Assembly (NCBI GenBank): GCA_017303895.1
Contig: JAFLBF010000006.1
Span: 78,618-142,617, forward strand
Source of the DNA: Bacteroidota bacterium
GTDB lineage: Bacteria; Bacteroidota; Bacteroidia; 2-12-FULL-35-15
Direction: 5' to 3'
DNA length: 64,000 nt
Shown: positions 37,538 to 47,768 of the stretch, piece by piece
Layout of the letters: each line of letters starts with the position of its first letter
Position numbering within the stretch: the first letter of the stretch is position 1
The notes under the pieces: generated by a model
What the model was told of the DNA's origin: nothing
Databases searched by the model: none
Seen by the model: the letters and a program-made list of their open reading frames with translations, nothing else
Position numbers and translations under genes: made by a program

Positions 37538-38194
37538 ATGATGAAAGTTTTAAAGTTTTACATTCTATACCGCTTGCCTATTATTGCGGTATTAGTGGCT
37601 TTGGGCGTGGTGGCGCATATATACGATGATCCTATCAGTGCCTGGATCTGCTATATTTTGGCATTTATCTCCATTTTACTATATTTTATGATGGGAACCA
37701 TGCGATTAGTGCAAGAGGCTGTTTCTGAGGGAGATGTGGATCAGGCCATGGTTTATTTAAAAATGATCAAATTTCCCCGTTTATTACTAAAACCCATCCG
37801 TGCAGGGTATTATATGCTTCAAAGTAACCTTTCTCTGGCTTCTAACGACCTTTCAACTGCCGAAGAGAGTATCCGTAAGAGTTTGAAGACCAAATCCTCT
37901 ATTGTGGGTGATGTAAAAGGAACCAATTTGATGCAATTAGGGTTTATTCAATTGAAAAAAGGCAATTCTAAAGAAGCCCGTGCTACTTTATTGGAGGCTG
38001 TAAAGGCCGGAATTCCTGATAACGACAGTTTAGCTGCTGTTTATTTGCAGTTATCTTCTTTAGAGATACAACGTAACCAGAACAGAGTGGGGAAGGAATA
38101 TTTCAGAAGAGCAAAAGCTTTAAAACCTAAGGCTGCTGAAATTGTGGATCAACTCAAACAAATGGAAAAACATATTGCCCGTATACCGGGATAA
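37538..38194 (+). CDS. Membrane protein with a TPR-like C-terminal region (hypothetical), starting at MMKVLKF
   Basis: Two N-terminal TM helices, then a soluble helical region with Sel1/TPR-like hairpins. Confidence 0.45.
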   Translation: MMKVLKFYILYRLPIIAVLVALGVVAHIYDDPISAWICYILAFISILLYFMMGTMRLVQEAVSEGDVDQAMVYLKMIKFPRLLLKPIRAGYYMLQSNLSLASNDLSTAEESIRKSLKTKSSIVGDVKGTNLMQLGFIQLKKGNSKEARATLLEAVKAGIPDNDSLAAVYLQLSSLEIQRNQNRVGKEYFRRAKALKPKAAEIVDQLKQMEKHIARIPG

Positions 38195-38215
38195 ATGTAT
38201 CTAGATTAATTCTTG

Positions 38216-38246
38216 AAGGCTTTGCATTAGCAAAGCCTTTTTTGTT
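38216..38246 (+). terminator. Rho-independent terminator after the membrane-TPR gene
   Basis: AAGGCTTTGC atta GCAAAGCCTT followed by TTTTTGTTT. Confidence 0.7.
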
Positions 38247-38444
38247 TACCCTATTCATAATCAGATTTTTATAGTCAGTTGCATATTGGCCAACCTTGTC
38301 CTTTGTTTGAAAAAAATATTAGGATAAATTTAAAAAAATAAAATTTTTATTTTTTTAAAAAAAGCAATTTTTTATTGTTTTCAACATCGAAATAATTCTT
38401 AAGAAAAATCTTCTACTTCGTTCGATAAATTTAAATTTTTTGCG

Positions 38445-41400
38445 ATGAAAAATATTGTGCTCATTTGTTTGGTTTTGATATCAAATATTCTTTTTGGTCA
38501 ATCTAATCCTAATGTCTTTGAAGATTGGCGGACAACAACAGGCGTTCAAGCCTTTTTTCATAAAAGTGTTACAAAGACAGATGTTAATAATAATGTTTAT
38601 GTTGCTGGTGCCACTTTAAACGGGAGTGGAAATTATGATGTTTTGGTTGCCAAGTACGATGTAAATGGTATTCAGCAATGGATTCATCAAATCAACGGAG
38701 CAGCAAATGATCAAGATTTTGCAACAGCATTAGCACTGGATAACAATTCAAATGTTTATATCACAGGTGCGATAACGGATTCAATAACAAATCTGTCAGA
38801 CATATTTACTATAAAATATAATTCAAATGGAGTGTTGCAGTGGATGAAACGGTATGATAGCGGTGATAATTTGTATGATTCAGGCACAGATTTAATTATT
38901 GATGATGGAGGAGTAGTTTATGTGACAGGCTCAGTACAAAATGCAAATGCGGATATGGATTTTGTTACTCTTGCTTATAAACCATCTGGGACTCTTATGT
39001 GGGCTAGCCAATATAATTCTATGTATGGATTAAATGATGCAGGGGTAAAGATTAATTTTGGAGAAAATCAAAATCAAGTATGTGTTGTTGGTGTTTGTCA
39101 AATTAACCCTACTAAATATATCGCGGCAGTTTTAAAGTACAAAAATAATGGAGACTTATTGGATTCAGTTTTTACAAATAGCAATTCAACTGAAATAAAC
39201 ATGATTCATGGTTTTACGAGAGATTCATTTGGGAATTTATATTTTGCAGGAATTTATGATGCCGTTGGAGAAGGGAAGAACATCGATGTTGTTAAGCTAG
39301 ATACCGCTTTGAATATTGAGTGGGAAATTACCGCTGATTATTCAACCTTAGATGACGAAGCTAAATCAATTGCCGTAGACTTGTTAGGTAATGTATATGT
39401 AGGGGGGTATTTTACAACTAATACGCAAGGAAAAGATGCATTTATAAGACAGTATGATAGTTATGGGAATATGAATTGGGAGAAAGTATATGATAGTGGA
39501 ATGAACTTAGATGATGAAATAAATGCTATAGTAGTTGACGGACAGAATAATGTTATCATTTCTGGCTATGTTACAAAACAAAATAATGTAGATTATTATA
39601 CTGCAAAGTACGATATTAATGGGAATAAAAAATGGGAAATATTTTCTGATGGTGGTTATAATTTAGAAGATAAAATTACAAACACAGCAATAGATGAATT
39701 AGGAGGTATAATTGTCACCGGAATGAGTAAAATAAATTCTAATAATTATAAATATACTACTATTAGATATATAGAAAATTTAAATCACCCATTACCATCT
39801 GAATTAGGTTTAACATATTATAATGGCCAGCCTTCTCACATAAAGTCAGCTGTTTTAGTTAGGTTTAATCCCGACTACTTGTATATGGACAAAATAGATA
39901 ATAGATATTTACATTGCTCATATGCTGCTACATTTATAAAAGATACAGTTATTTCTTTGTTGGCTGATAAATTATTTACGGGAACACCTGCCGAAAGGAT
40001 AAATAAAATGAAAAAAATAAAAGTGAAAAAAGTATTTCCTTTTATGGCTTCTGAAGATTCAATTAGCGTAACAAGGAGTGGTGAAAAAATAGGCGTGCCT
40101 ATATTTTGGGCAACATTACAATTGTTTTTTCCAGAAGGTACTAATGAATTATTGATTTGTGATAGTATAAATACTTTATACCCATATGTTTTTTATGTTC
40201 ATCCTAATTATGTTGGTCGTTTTGAGTCGGTTGTCAATGACTCTATGTATACCCAACAGGCCTCACTAGCACCAACGTCACAATATGCAAATGGTAATAT
40301 AAACATTGAGGAAGCATGGGATGTAGAAGTAGGAAAACCAAATGTTCGCGTTGGAATCTATGATACAGGTGTTGACTCTTTACATCAAGATTTGGAGGTA
40401 TATAAGAGAGTAGATATTGAAACATCAATTTTAGATGTATTATCAAGTCAGGGAGTTGGGGCACATGGAACTGCTGTAGCAGGCATAATAGCAGCTAAAC
40501 GAAATAATATGTTTGGTATTGCTGGTATTGCTGGAGGGAATGGGGTAGACACTTTAGGCTGTCGGATATATGACTTTGACACTGGTGATGATGTTGAGGG
40601 CTTACTTTTAGATGGGGCAGCAAGTGGTATTGTTGTCGGTGCAGCCCAGTGGTTTTATAATAATAGTAATTTTATTAATGATGTACCGGAAAGTAGTGGA
40701 CAAAGTTTAAATATTATTAATGCTAGTTGGGTTGCAAATATCTATCAAGACTTAATAGATGATAGTGTGGGAATTCCATGGCCTCCAGATCCATATGAAT
40801 GTAAATTGTGTCACGAAGCTGTTGAATTTGCTTTTAGAAATGAGTGTGTTTTGTCGGCTTCCAGAGGGAATTACCCCCATACAAATCCAACTAATTATAC
40901 GCCAGAGCGATATTTGTTCCCCGCCTGTGAGAAAGATGAATTTGTTATAAGTGTCGGTGCTAGCGGATTTGATGGGGAGCACAAGATTTGGGGTAATGGA
41001 CTCCAAATACCAAGTGACGGTTATGAGTCAATGTATGGAAAAGGTGTTGATATAATAGCTCCAGGAACAAAAGCAACAGTGTTTACTACAAAATCACAAA
41101 CAGAATCTCCGTCAAATATTGGTTATAAAAGTTTTAATGGGACTTCTGCCTCAGCTCCCCATGTTTCGGGTGTAGCAGCATTAATGTTAAGTCATGTAAA
41201 TACACCATGTCCTTCAAAGAAAAATTTGGCTCCAGAGGATGTTGAGTATATTTTGCAAAAAACAGCAGATGATAAAGAAACATTTGGCTATAATCAAAAG
41301 ACTGGATGGGGGCATTTGAATGCAGGTAAAGCATTAAAAGCTATTCAAGAGCCTAAATATCAAATTATTCATATTGATAATGTTCCTATTTCAGTTACAT

Positions 41401-42182
41401 CAGTATTATATGACACAGGAAGTGTGTATATTAGGAATCCTTATCAAGGAACAACAGGTCCTTATTCTAGTGCATTAGGAATTATTCCTGATGGACTATA
41501 TAATGTAGATATATATAAAACTACTGCTGTTATAGACCATTCCACAAATCTATCTCATTTGTCGAGTTCAAAACAGATTATTGATAGATGGGCAAGGAAT
41601 AGTTCTTCAATTGGTTGGGATCTGAATAAAAATTATATGTTGGGTCCATTTTGGATAAAAGACACTATAGATGTAACAACAAATGTTTTTATAGATTCAG
41701 CTTCCTTTAGTGAAACATCGGCTACTATTACTGCGTACAATTATTTCGTAAAAGGTACTGTTGACAGTACTGTGGTGGTAAATATGTGGTATCCAAGATC
41801 AAGTAGTGAAATGAGATTTGAGTATAGTATTTACGTATACGATTCTCTAGCAGTATCAGTTCCGTATTATCCTTGTGATAGCAGTGTTGACATCTCAGAA
41901 GCATCTTTTAATGATAATAATGTTTTAAATATTACTAATACTTATCCTAACCCTTTTGGAAATAGCTTAACAGTTGAATATTATTCCCCTTTTGGTGAAA
42001 ATTGCTATATTTATGTTACTGATTTATTAGGAAGGATTGTATTTCCTTTAGAACTTACTTCCACTAAAAAAGGGAATTATAAAGTTAATATAGATCTTTC
42101 AAAAATTTCAAATGGGGTCTATTTTCTTGTGCTATCCACAAAGGACAGTCGTGTATGTAAGAGAGTGCTAAAAGTATATTAA
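38445..42182 (+). CDS. Subtilisin-like S8 serine peptidase with an N-terminal SBBP beta-propeller repeat region and a T9SS C-terminal sorting domain
   Basis: 1245 aa. Signal peptide and ~8 SBBP-type repeats (…NNNVYVAGAT…YDVLVAKYDVNGIQQW…). S8 triad contexts: D (GIYDTGVD), H (HGTAVAGIIAA) and S (FNGTSASAPHVSGVAALM). The C-terminus is a Por/T9SS CTD (TYPNPFGNSLTVEY…GVYFLVLSTKD). Confidence 0.85.
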   Translation: MKNIVLICLVLISNILFGQSNPNVFEDWRTTTGVQAFFHKSVTKTDVNNNVYVAGATLNGSGNYDVLVAKYDVNGIQQWIHQINGAANDQDFATALALDNNSNVYITGAITDSITNLSDIFTIKYNSNGVLQWMKRYDSGDNLYDSGTDLIIDDGGVVYVTGSVQNANADMDFVTLAYKPSGTLMWASQYNSMYGLNDAGVKINFGENQNQVCVVGVCQINPTKYIAAVLKYKNNGDLLDSVFTNSNSTEINMIHGFTRDSFGNLYFAGIYDAVGEGKNIDVVKLDTALNIEWEITADYSTLDDEAKSIAVDLLGNVYVGGYFTTNTQGKDAFIRQYDSYGNMNWEKVYDSGMNLDDEINAIVVDGQNNVIISGYVTKQNNVDYYTAKYDINGNKKWEIFSDGGYNLEDKITNTAIDELGGIIVTGMSKINSNNYKYTTIRYIENLNHPLPSELGLTYYNGQPSHIKSAVLVRFNPDYLYMDKIDNRYLHCSYAATFIKDTVISLLADKLFTGTPAERINKMKKIKVKKVFPFMASEDSISVTRSGEKIGVPIFWATLQLFFPEGTNELLICDSINTLYPYVFYVHPNYVGRFESVVNDSMYTQQASLAPTSQYANGNINIEEAWDVEVGKPNVRVGIYDTGVDSLHQDLEVYKRVDIETSILDVLSSQGVGAHGTAVAGIIAAKRNNMFGIAGIAGGNGVDTLGCRIYDFDTGDDVEGLLLDGAASGIVVGAAQWFYNNSNFINDVPESSGQSLNIINASWVANIYQDLIDDSVGIPWPPDPYECKLCHEAVEFAFRNECVLSASRGNYPHTNPTNYTPERYLFPACEKDEFVISVGASGFDGEHKIWGNGLQIPSDGYESMYGKGVDIIAPGTKATVFTTKSQTESPSNIGYKSFNGTSASAPHVSGVAALMLSHVNTPCPSKKNLAPEDVEYILQKTADDKETFGYNQKTGWGHLNAGKALKAIQEPKYQIIHIDNVPISVTSVLYDTGSVYIRNPYQGTTGPYSSALGIIPDGLYNVDIYKTTAVIDHSTNLSHLSSSKQIIDRWARNSSSIGWDLNKNYMLGPFWIKDTIDVTTNVFIDSASFSETSATITAYNYFVKGTVDSTVVVNMWYPRSSSEMRFEYSIYVYDSLAVSVPYYPCDSSVDISEASFNDNNVLNITNTYPNPFGNSLTVEYYSPFGENCYIYVTDLLGRIVFPLELTSTKKGNYKVNIDLSKISNGVYFLVLSTKDSRVCKRVLKVY

Positions 42183-42184
42183 AG

Positions 42185-43426
42185 ATGAAAAAAAATATTT
42201 TTTTTTATTTGTTTATTGTATTTAAAACCTGTTTTTCACAAAACTGGCAAGTGTATTCAGTTGCCAACTCTCCCAATCCATATGATTCTTATAGTCATCT
42301 CACGATAGATACAAATAATGTCAAATGGTTTGTAAAAATTCAAGGGATTGGTGATAAAACAGTAGCTTATTCTGGAGTTTCGAATTGGGTGTCATATAAT
42401 AATGTTTACAATAGTACTCTTTTTAATTGTCGCCAGACAAATGCTGATTTGAGAAGTTTGTTATGGTTAATCTCACTTGACAATAAAATATATAGTTTAA
42501 AAGCTGGTGTTTGGTATAAATACGACCCTGTAACCACTGGAATTGCAAATCTACATGGGTTTTATGATGTTGCAATTGATAGTAAAAATAATAAATGGTT
42601 TTGTGGGGTGAATGGTTTAGCGAAGTATAATGATACGTTGTTTACATTACTTGATACAGTCAATTCCAATCTTCCCTTTCAGCCTATCTATAAAGTAATA
42701 ACTGATATAAATGATGATGTTTTGATAATTGGAGCCGGTGGTCTAGCAAAATTATCTAACAATATTTGGGAAGTGCATCCCGTTCCTTTTTCTGTAGCAA
42801 GTAATATTGTTTCCGACTACAGAATGGTTGTTGACTCAACAAATAATTTATGGGTGGCAAGAGGGAATTCTGGAGGAGGATTACTCATGTTTGATGGAGT
42901 CTCTTGGACTAATTTTATTAAAACAAATTCGGATATTGCAAGTGATTCAATTTACGGAGTAGATGTTGATCAACAAAACAAAATTTGGTGTTCTTTTTTA
43001 GGAAAAGGTATAATAAAATTTGATGGGACAACATGGACGACTTACGGTGTTTTAAATGGTTATCCCGTTTCTACTGGTTCAATAGAGATTTCTGTTGATG
43101 GTTTTGGTAATAAGTGGTTTATTACAGGTAATGGTGTTGTGGAATTTAATGAGAATGGTATTGTTGGCAGGGATGATCTTTTTATGAATGAAAATAACAT
43201 TTTGATTTTTCCCAACCCTAACAATGGAAAATTTGAATTGAGATCAAACATAAATGATCGGTTGCAAAGCCTTGAAATATATAATATTTTAGGAGATAGA
43301 ATTAGTGTAGTGAATGATATTTCTCCGCTAATGGTATTTGATATCAGCAATTGCCCATCAGGAATATACATTGTCAAAGTATATACTCATGAAGGTGTTG
43401 TTTGTAAAAAAATTATCAAGGAGTAA
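42185..43426 (+). CDS. T9SS-sorted beta-propeller protein (two-component-regulator-propeller / Y_Y_Y-like repeats), function unknown
   Basis: 413 aa with a signal peptide and repeated NxxW(F/V) blades (NKWFCGVNGLAKY; NLWVARGNSGGGLLMFDGVSWTNF; NKIWCSFLGKGIIKFDGTTWTTY). C-terminal CTD (IFPNPNNGKFELR…GIYIVKVY). It starts 2 nt after the S8 peptidase stop. Confidence 0.6.
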   Translation: MKKNIFFYLFIVFKTCFSQNWQVYSVANSPNPYDSYSHLTIDTNNVKWFVKIQGIGDKTVAYSGVSNWVSYNNVYNSTLFNCRQTNADLRSLLWLISLDNKIYSLKAGVWYKYDPVTTGIANLHGFYDVAIDSKNNKWFCGVNGLAKYNDTLFTLLDTVNSNLPFQPIYKVITDINDDVLIIGAGGLAKLSNNIWEVHPVPFSVASNIVSDYRMVVDSTNNLWVARGNSGGGLLMFDGVSWTNFIKTNSDIASDSIYGVDVDQQNKIWCSFLGKGIIKFDGTTWTTYGVLNGYPVSTGSIEISVDGFGNKWFITGNGVVEFNENGIVGRDDLFMNENNILIFPNPNNGKFELRSNINDRLQSLEIYNILGDRISVVNDISPLMVFDISNCPSGIYIVKVYTHEGVVCKKIIKE

Positions 43427-43427
43427 T

Positions 43428-44150
43428 TTACAAACTCATCATATCTTTTAGTTTAGCCGCTTGTCTGCGGGAGATCTCTACCTGTTCGCCTCCTTTTAAT
43501 TTTACCATTAACCCTCCATTGAACCAGTTTTCGATCGACTCTACCCATTTCAGATTGACAATGTGCTTACGGCTTGCTCGAAAGAATGTCTTATTATTTA
43601 AGCGTTCATCCAAATTGTTCAGAGAACGCAAGATCAATGGGCGGTTTTTATCAAAATGTACCCTCACATAATTTCCTTCCGACTCAAACAAACGGATATC
43701 ACTCAGTTTTACAAACCAGCATTTGTCACCATCTTTTACAAACACCTGATCATCATCATTCAACGCTTGTGTTTGTTCTTTGTTCTCTGACTTTTCGCTG
43801 CTGTCTTTGTTCAATAGCTTTTTTATTGTTTCGCCCAAGCGGTTGGGTTGTACCGGTTTTAACAGATAGTCCAGTGCATTTACTTCAAAAGCACGGATGG
43901 CATATTCATCGTAGGCCGTTACAAAAACAACCTCAGGAACACCACTGATCTCTTCCAATAGTTCGAACCCATTCTTGCCCGGCATTTGAATGTCCAAAAA
44001 GATGACATCGGGTTTTAATTGTTTGATCTGCTCAACTGCAGCTTCAGCATTATTTGCTTCGCCAACAATTTGGATCTCACTGTAAGCACTTAATAAATTT
44101 TTTAATTCCTGACGTGCTAAACGTTCGTCATCAATGATGATTGCTTTCAT
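43428..44150 (-). CDS. LytTR-family response regulator
   Basis: 240 aa. REC (IIDDERLAR…IFLDIQMPGKNG) plus a C-terminal LytTR DNA-binding domain. Confidence 0.85.
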   Translation of the reverse strand: MKAIIIDDERLARQELKNLLSAYSEIQIVGEANNAEAAVEQIKQLKPDVIFLDIQMPGKNGFELLEEISGVPEVVFVTAYDEYAIRAFEVNALDYLLKPVQPNRLGETIKKLLNKDSSEKSENKEQTQALNDDDQVFVKDGDKCWFVKLSDIRLFESEGNYVRVHFDKNRPLILRSLNNLDERLNNKTFFRASRKHIVNLKWVESIENWFNGGLMVKLKGGEQVEISRRQAAKLKDMMSL

Positions 44151-45189
44151 AGCTCAATACATTTTTAGGGATGATCAATTCGGTTAAAACAAATTCATTA
44201 TCTAAATTCCGGATACTCATATTGGCATCTTTGCCGTATAACAATTGCAAGCGTTGAAGTGTGTTCTTAATTCCGAAGCCGCTATCACTTTCGTTTGTGC
44301 TTTGCAACTGACCGCTATTTTTAATTTTGATGATCAATTGCTCTTTTTCTATTTTCGTTTGGATTTCAATGATTCCGCCTTTGGTGAGTTTAGAGATGCC
44401 ATGTTTAATGGCATTTTCAACCAGTGTTTGTATCATTAAAGGTGGGACCTGAAATTGTTTGCTATCGGGATGAATATCCAAGCTTACCTTTAGTCGCTCT
44501 TCATAACGGATAGATTCTAAAGCCAAATAATCATTAATGATACGCAGTTCTTCATCAAACGGAATGACTTTGTTCTTTCCCATTTGAAGCGTATTGCGAA
44601 GGATATTTGAAAGTTGTGTGATTGCTTCCTTTGATTTTCCGGGATTTTCATCTACCAATGCACGAATGCTGTTCATGGCATTGAACATAAAGTGTGGATT
44701 GAGTTGCGATTTTAGTTTGTTTAACTCTATCTCATTGATGGAAGCCGACCATTTTAAATTTTCTATTTCCGCTTTTTTATAATTTTCAATGTAATGAACA
44801 AGGAAGTAGATCAATGACCAAAAGAATAAAACGAATGAAAAGTTTAGGATACTGACAATCGTACTTACTATATTCTCATGTTTATTGCCTTCAATTTGTA
44901 GTTGTGATTCCACAAGATACTGTAGATATTCAATACAAGCTGCAAATACAACTGTTGAAACAACAACACGGGGAATGAGTGGTAGAATCTTTAATTTTAA
45001 CCATCCGGCTCTAACGATCAATGTGCGATACAGATGCGAAATGCTTATGCCAATTAAGAACATGGATAAATGTCCCAATGCGATCGTAGTATTGAATGCA
45101 TTGTTCAGTTGCAGAAACAAGCTATTCAGCAATACGAAGAATGCCCATCCACCGATCTGACAGATCCAATATAGATTTTTTTTGTTCAT
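44131..45189 (-). CDS. LytS/YehU-type sensor histidine kinase (His_kinase PF06580-like)
   Basis: 352 aa. N-terminal multi-TM region, a conserved LNPHFMFNAMNSI H-box typical of LytS-type kinases, and a C-terminal ATPase. It overlaps the RR gene by 20 nt. Confidence 0.8.
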   Translation of the reverse strand: MNKKNLYWICQIGGWAFFVLLNSLFLQLNNAFNTTIALGHLSMFLIGISISHLYRTLIVRAGWLKLKILPLIPRVVVSTVVFAACIEYLQYLVESQLQIEGNKHENIVSTIVSILNFSFVLFFWSLIYFLVHYIENYKKAEIENLKWSASINEIELNKLKSQLNPHFMFNAMNSIRALVDENPGKSKEAITQLSNILRNTLQMGKNKVIPFDEELRIINDYLALESIRYEERLKVSLDIHPDSKQFQVPPLMIQTLVENAIKHGISKLTKGGIIEIQTKIEKEQLIIKIKNSGQLQSTNESDSGFGIKNTLQRLQLLYGKDANMSIRNLDNEFVLTELIIPKNVLSYESNHH

Positions 45190-47034
45190 TTATTTTCCTA
45201 TCCAGCTGCTTCGTATCTGCATTTGTTGTTGACTCGCATTGTTAACAGGCGCCAGGTTAAACTTGTTAGGTTCTGTTACCATGAACACTTTCGTTTTCAA
45301 TTTTACTTTTTTCCCTTTAGGATGTTGATTCGACCTGCGCAGAACGCTTATTTTTAGAACATCACCTTCTTTGGCATTCATTAAATAATTACCCAATACA
45401 TCTTGAGCATTGTTAATGTTGATCTTTTTACCATTAAACTTTAATAATTCATCATATTCCTGATATCCGATCGCTTTCCCAAAATCATCCATGCCGGCAG
45501 TATTTACTACAAGCAAATGATTATTGGCCGCGTTTAAACCTACTTGTATTCCCCCAAAAGAAATTGATTTTTCAGTACTTGGTTTTCCAAATCCAATACC
45601 AGCCATTTCCAGATACTCTTTTAATGGCAATGGCTCTGACCCTTCCACATACCGTTTGAAAAATTCTCTGATCTCCGGAAAGCTTAATTTGCTGATCTCG
45701 TCAAAAAGTTCCTCATCCTTAAATGATGTTTCTTTACCATATTTTTTTGACAGATCGGTCATCATTTCCTGTACGCCATATTTGCCACCGGAGAGCGCTC
45801 GTAATTTGATGTCTAAACATAAACCGATCAGTGCTCCTTTTTGATAAACATTGGTGTATTCATCTTTGTATTTATCTAAACAGCCTTCACTCATTACAGT
45901 GAATGGCAAGGAATCGTTGTAATATTTTGCAGTTTTTATTTTTTCATCGATCACCTTTAAATATTCTTCCAAGGTCATGCTGCCATATTTTACTTGTACT
46001 AAGCCGGCTGCGTATTCAGTAATGCCTTCATACAGCCATAGGTGTTTCGACATTTTGGGATTGCTGTAATCAAAATTACCGATCTGTTCGGCATGAATAT
46101 TTAATGGTGTTACAATGTGAAAGAACTCATGTGCAGAAACATCACGCATGGTTTGTGCTAAATACTTTTCATCCATTTCAGGCATAAAATACATGGAAGA
46201 ATAAGAGTGTTCCAATGCTCCATTTGATCCCGACCCTCCGGTATTGGCTGTTAAATAGATCAGATAAGCATACTTTTTTATCGGTAAACTGCCACCTAAG
46301 TATTTTTGTTGTGCAATTAAAATGTCTTTAATATTTTCTCCAATGAATTTTGAACTGGACACCTTGTTCGGAGAATATACCGAGATCAAGATCTGTGCTC
46401 CCCCTACATTCAGTATAGTTGTGTCAGGGGCATTATACATGATCGGAGCATCCTGAAAATCATAATAGTTTTTGATCGTATAGGTGTCTGTATTATTTTG
46501 TGTTGTGACTTCTGTTAAGCTACTGGATCCGTAAAAGTTAGAAGGACGTGTAACATTTAATTTGTAGGTAGTATTCAGCATCCCTTCAAAAAAACCAAAC
46601 ATGCAATGAATGTTCAGTACAAAATTTTTGTCTTTTTCGAAATTACTTCCAGCAGGTTCAAACACAAAGGATTCCTTTTGTTTGGTGTCCCATGTGTCTT
46701 CTACTTTATAGGTGATCTTGTGCAATTTTTTGGCATCGCTAATTTTCCAACTGTTTGCATCTACTTTCTCTGTTGTTAAATTTTTCCCGGTGCTATCGGT
46801 AGCTTCAAACTCAGAAGCAAATCGTCCAAAGTTGTAGATCTCATAGGTGCCGGGAACCATTTTGGGCAACCTATAGAGAATCTCATCCGATTCTATTTTT
46901 GGGGCAATAAGTTCTACCGTTAAGAGGTCGTTCTCACATTTATTAAGATCAATAAAAAACTGATATTCACTTTGAGCAAAAATTGAAAAACTCAAGCAAA
47001 ATGTGAATGAAAGTAGGAGTATGTATTTTTTCAT
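45190..47034 (-). CDS. M61-family (glycyl aminopeptidase-like) zinc metallopeptidase with a C-terminal PDZ-like domain
   Basis: 614 aa. Signal peptide, HEFFH zinc motif and a C-terminal PDZ-like segment. It ends directly adjacent to the LytS kinase start (0-nt gap). Confidence 0.75.
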   Translation of the reverse strand: MKKYILLLSFTFCLSFSIFAQSEYQFFIDLNKCENDLLTVELIAPKIESDEILYRLPKMVPGTYEIYNFGRFASEFEATDSTGKNLTTEKVDANSWKISDAKKLHKITYKVEDTWDTKQKESFVFEPAGSNFEKDKNFVLNIHCMFGFFEGMLNTTYKLNVTRPSNFYGSSSLTEVTTQNNTDTYTIKNYYDFQDAPIMYNAPDTTILNVGGAQILISVYSPNKVSSSKFIGENIKDILIAQQKYLGGSLPIKKYAYLIYLTANTGGSGSNGALEHSYSSMYFMPEMDEKYLAQTMRDVSAHEFFHIVTPLNIHAEQIGNFDYSNPKMSKHLWLYEGITEYAAGLVQVKYGSMTLEEYLKVIDEKIKTAKYYNDSLPFTVMSEGCLDKYKDEYTNVYQKGALIGLCLDIKLRALSGGKYGVQEMMTDLSKKYGKETSFKDEELFDEISKLSFPEIREFFKRYVEGSEPLPLKEYLEMAGIGFGKPSTEKSISFGGIQVGLNAANNHLLVVNTAGMDDFGKAIGYQEYDELLKFNGKKININNAQDVLGNYLMNAKEGDVLKISVLRRSNQHPKGKKVKLKTKVFMVTEPNKFNLAPVNNASQQQMQIRSSWIGK

Positions 47035-47047
47035 GTTTTTAAATTAA

Positions 47048-47077
47048 TAAGGGAATGGTTGCTACATACCATTCCCT
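47048..47077 (-). terminator. Stem-loop (10-bp stem) about 130 nt downstream of the cyclophilin gene. Possible terminator.
   Basis: AAGGGAATGG ttgctacata CCATTCCCTT. There is no strong U-tract. Confidence 0.3.
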
Positions 47078-47204
47078 TTAAGAAAAGAACTTTACACGTC
47101 TAACCTTTGTGTATAAGTATGTTTTCGATACAAATTTACGCAGGTAACATTCGCTGGGTTGTATTTATTACACGAGTGGCAATAGAACACTACCAACGGA
47201 ATAC

Positions 47205-47645
47205 TTATGCATTTTCATTGATGGTGATCTTTACAATCTTGTCTCCTTGTCGGATCGTGTCAATGATATCAAGGCCTTCTACTACTTTACCAAAACAAGT
47301 ATGACGTCTATCAAGGTGGGCAGTTTGTGCGCGACTTAAAACAATGAAGAATTGTGAGCCACCTGTGTCTCTTCCTGCGTGAGCCATAGATAGAACACCT
47401 CTATCATGGAATTGGTTGCCACCATCTAATTCACATTTAATTTTGTAACCCGGACCACCTGTACCTGTTCCATTCGGACAACCTCCTTGAACAACAAATC
47501 CCGGGATCACACGATGAAATGTTAATCCATCATAAAATCCTTTCTTTGCTAGATCACAAAAATTTTTAACTGTTCCCGGAGCATCCTTATCATAAAACTC
47601 CACTTTCATTGTTCCCTTTTCGGTTACTATTTCTGCTGTTGACAT
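47205..47645 (-). CDS. ppiB: Cyclophilin-type peptidyl-prolyl cis-trans isomerase, starting at the internal MSTAEIV
   Basis: HRVIPGFVVQGGCP and SMAHAGRDTGGSQFFI cyclophilin signatures. Confidence 0.85.
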   Translation of the reverse strand: MSTAEIVTEKGTMKVEFYDKDAPGTVKNFCDLAKKGFYDGLTFHRVIPGFVVQGGCPNGTGTGGPGYKIKCELDGGNQFHDRGVLSMAHAGRDTGGSQFFIVLSRAQTAHLDRRHTCFGKVVEGLDIIDTIRQGDKIVKITINENA

Positions 47646-47740
47646 AAAATGTATTTTTAATTTATACAAATATAATGAATTCACTTATTTGTAATGAATA
47701 TAAATTGATTGAGAAGCAACTGAAATGTTTTTATTCCAAT

Positions 47741-47748
47741 TAATTTTG
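47741..47748 (+). promoter_or_regulatory. TAnnTTTG -7 promoter element upstream of the cytochrome c peroxidase gene
   Basis: TAATTTTG lies 20 nt before the ATG at 47769. Confidence 0.3.
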
Positions 47749-47768
47749 TTCCACTAAATTAGAATATC

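Noticed and set aside
38300-38360. AT-only inverted repeat (TAAAAAAATAAAATTTTTATTTTTTTA) upstream of the S8 peptidase gene.
   Set aside because: It is a pure A/T homopolymer-like tract. It is probably just an AT-rich promoter or UP region rather than a specific operator or structured RNA.
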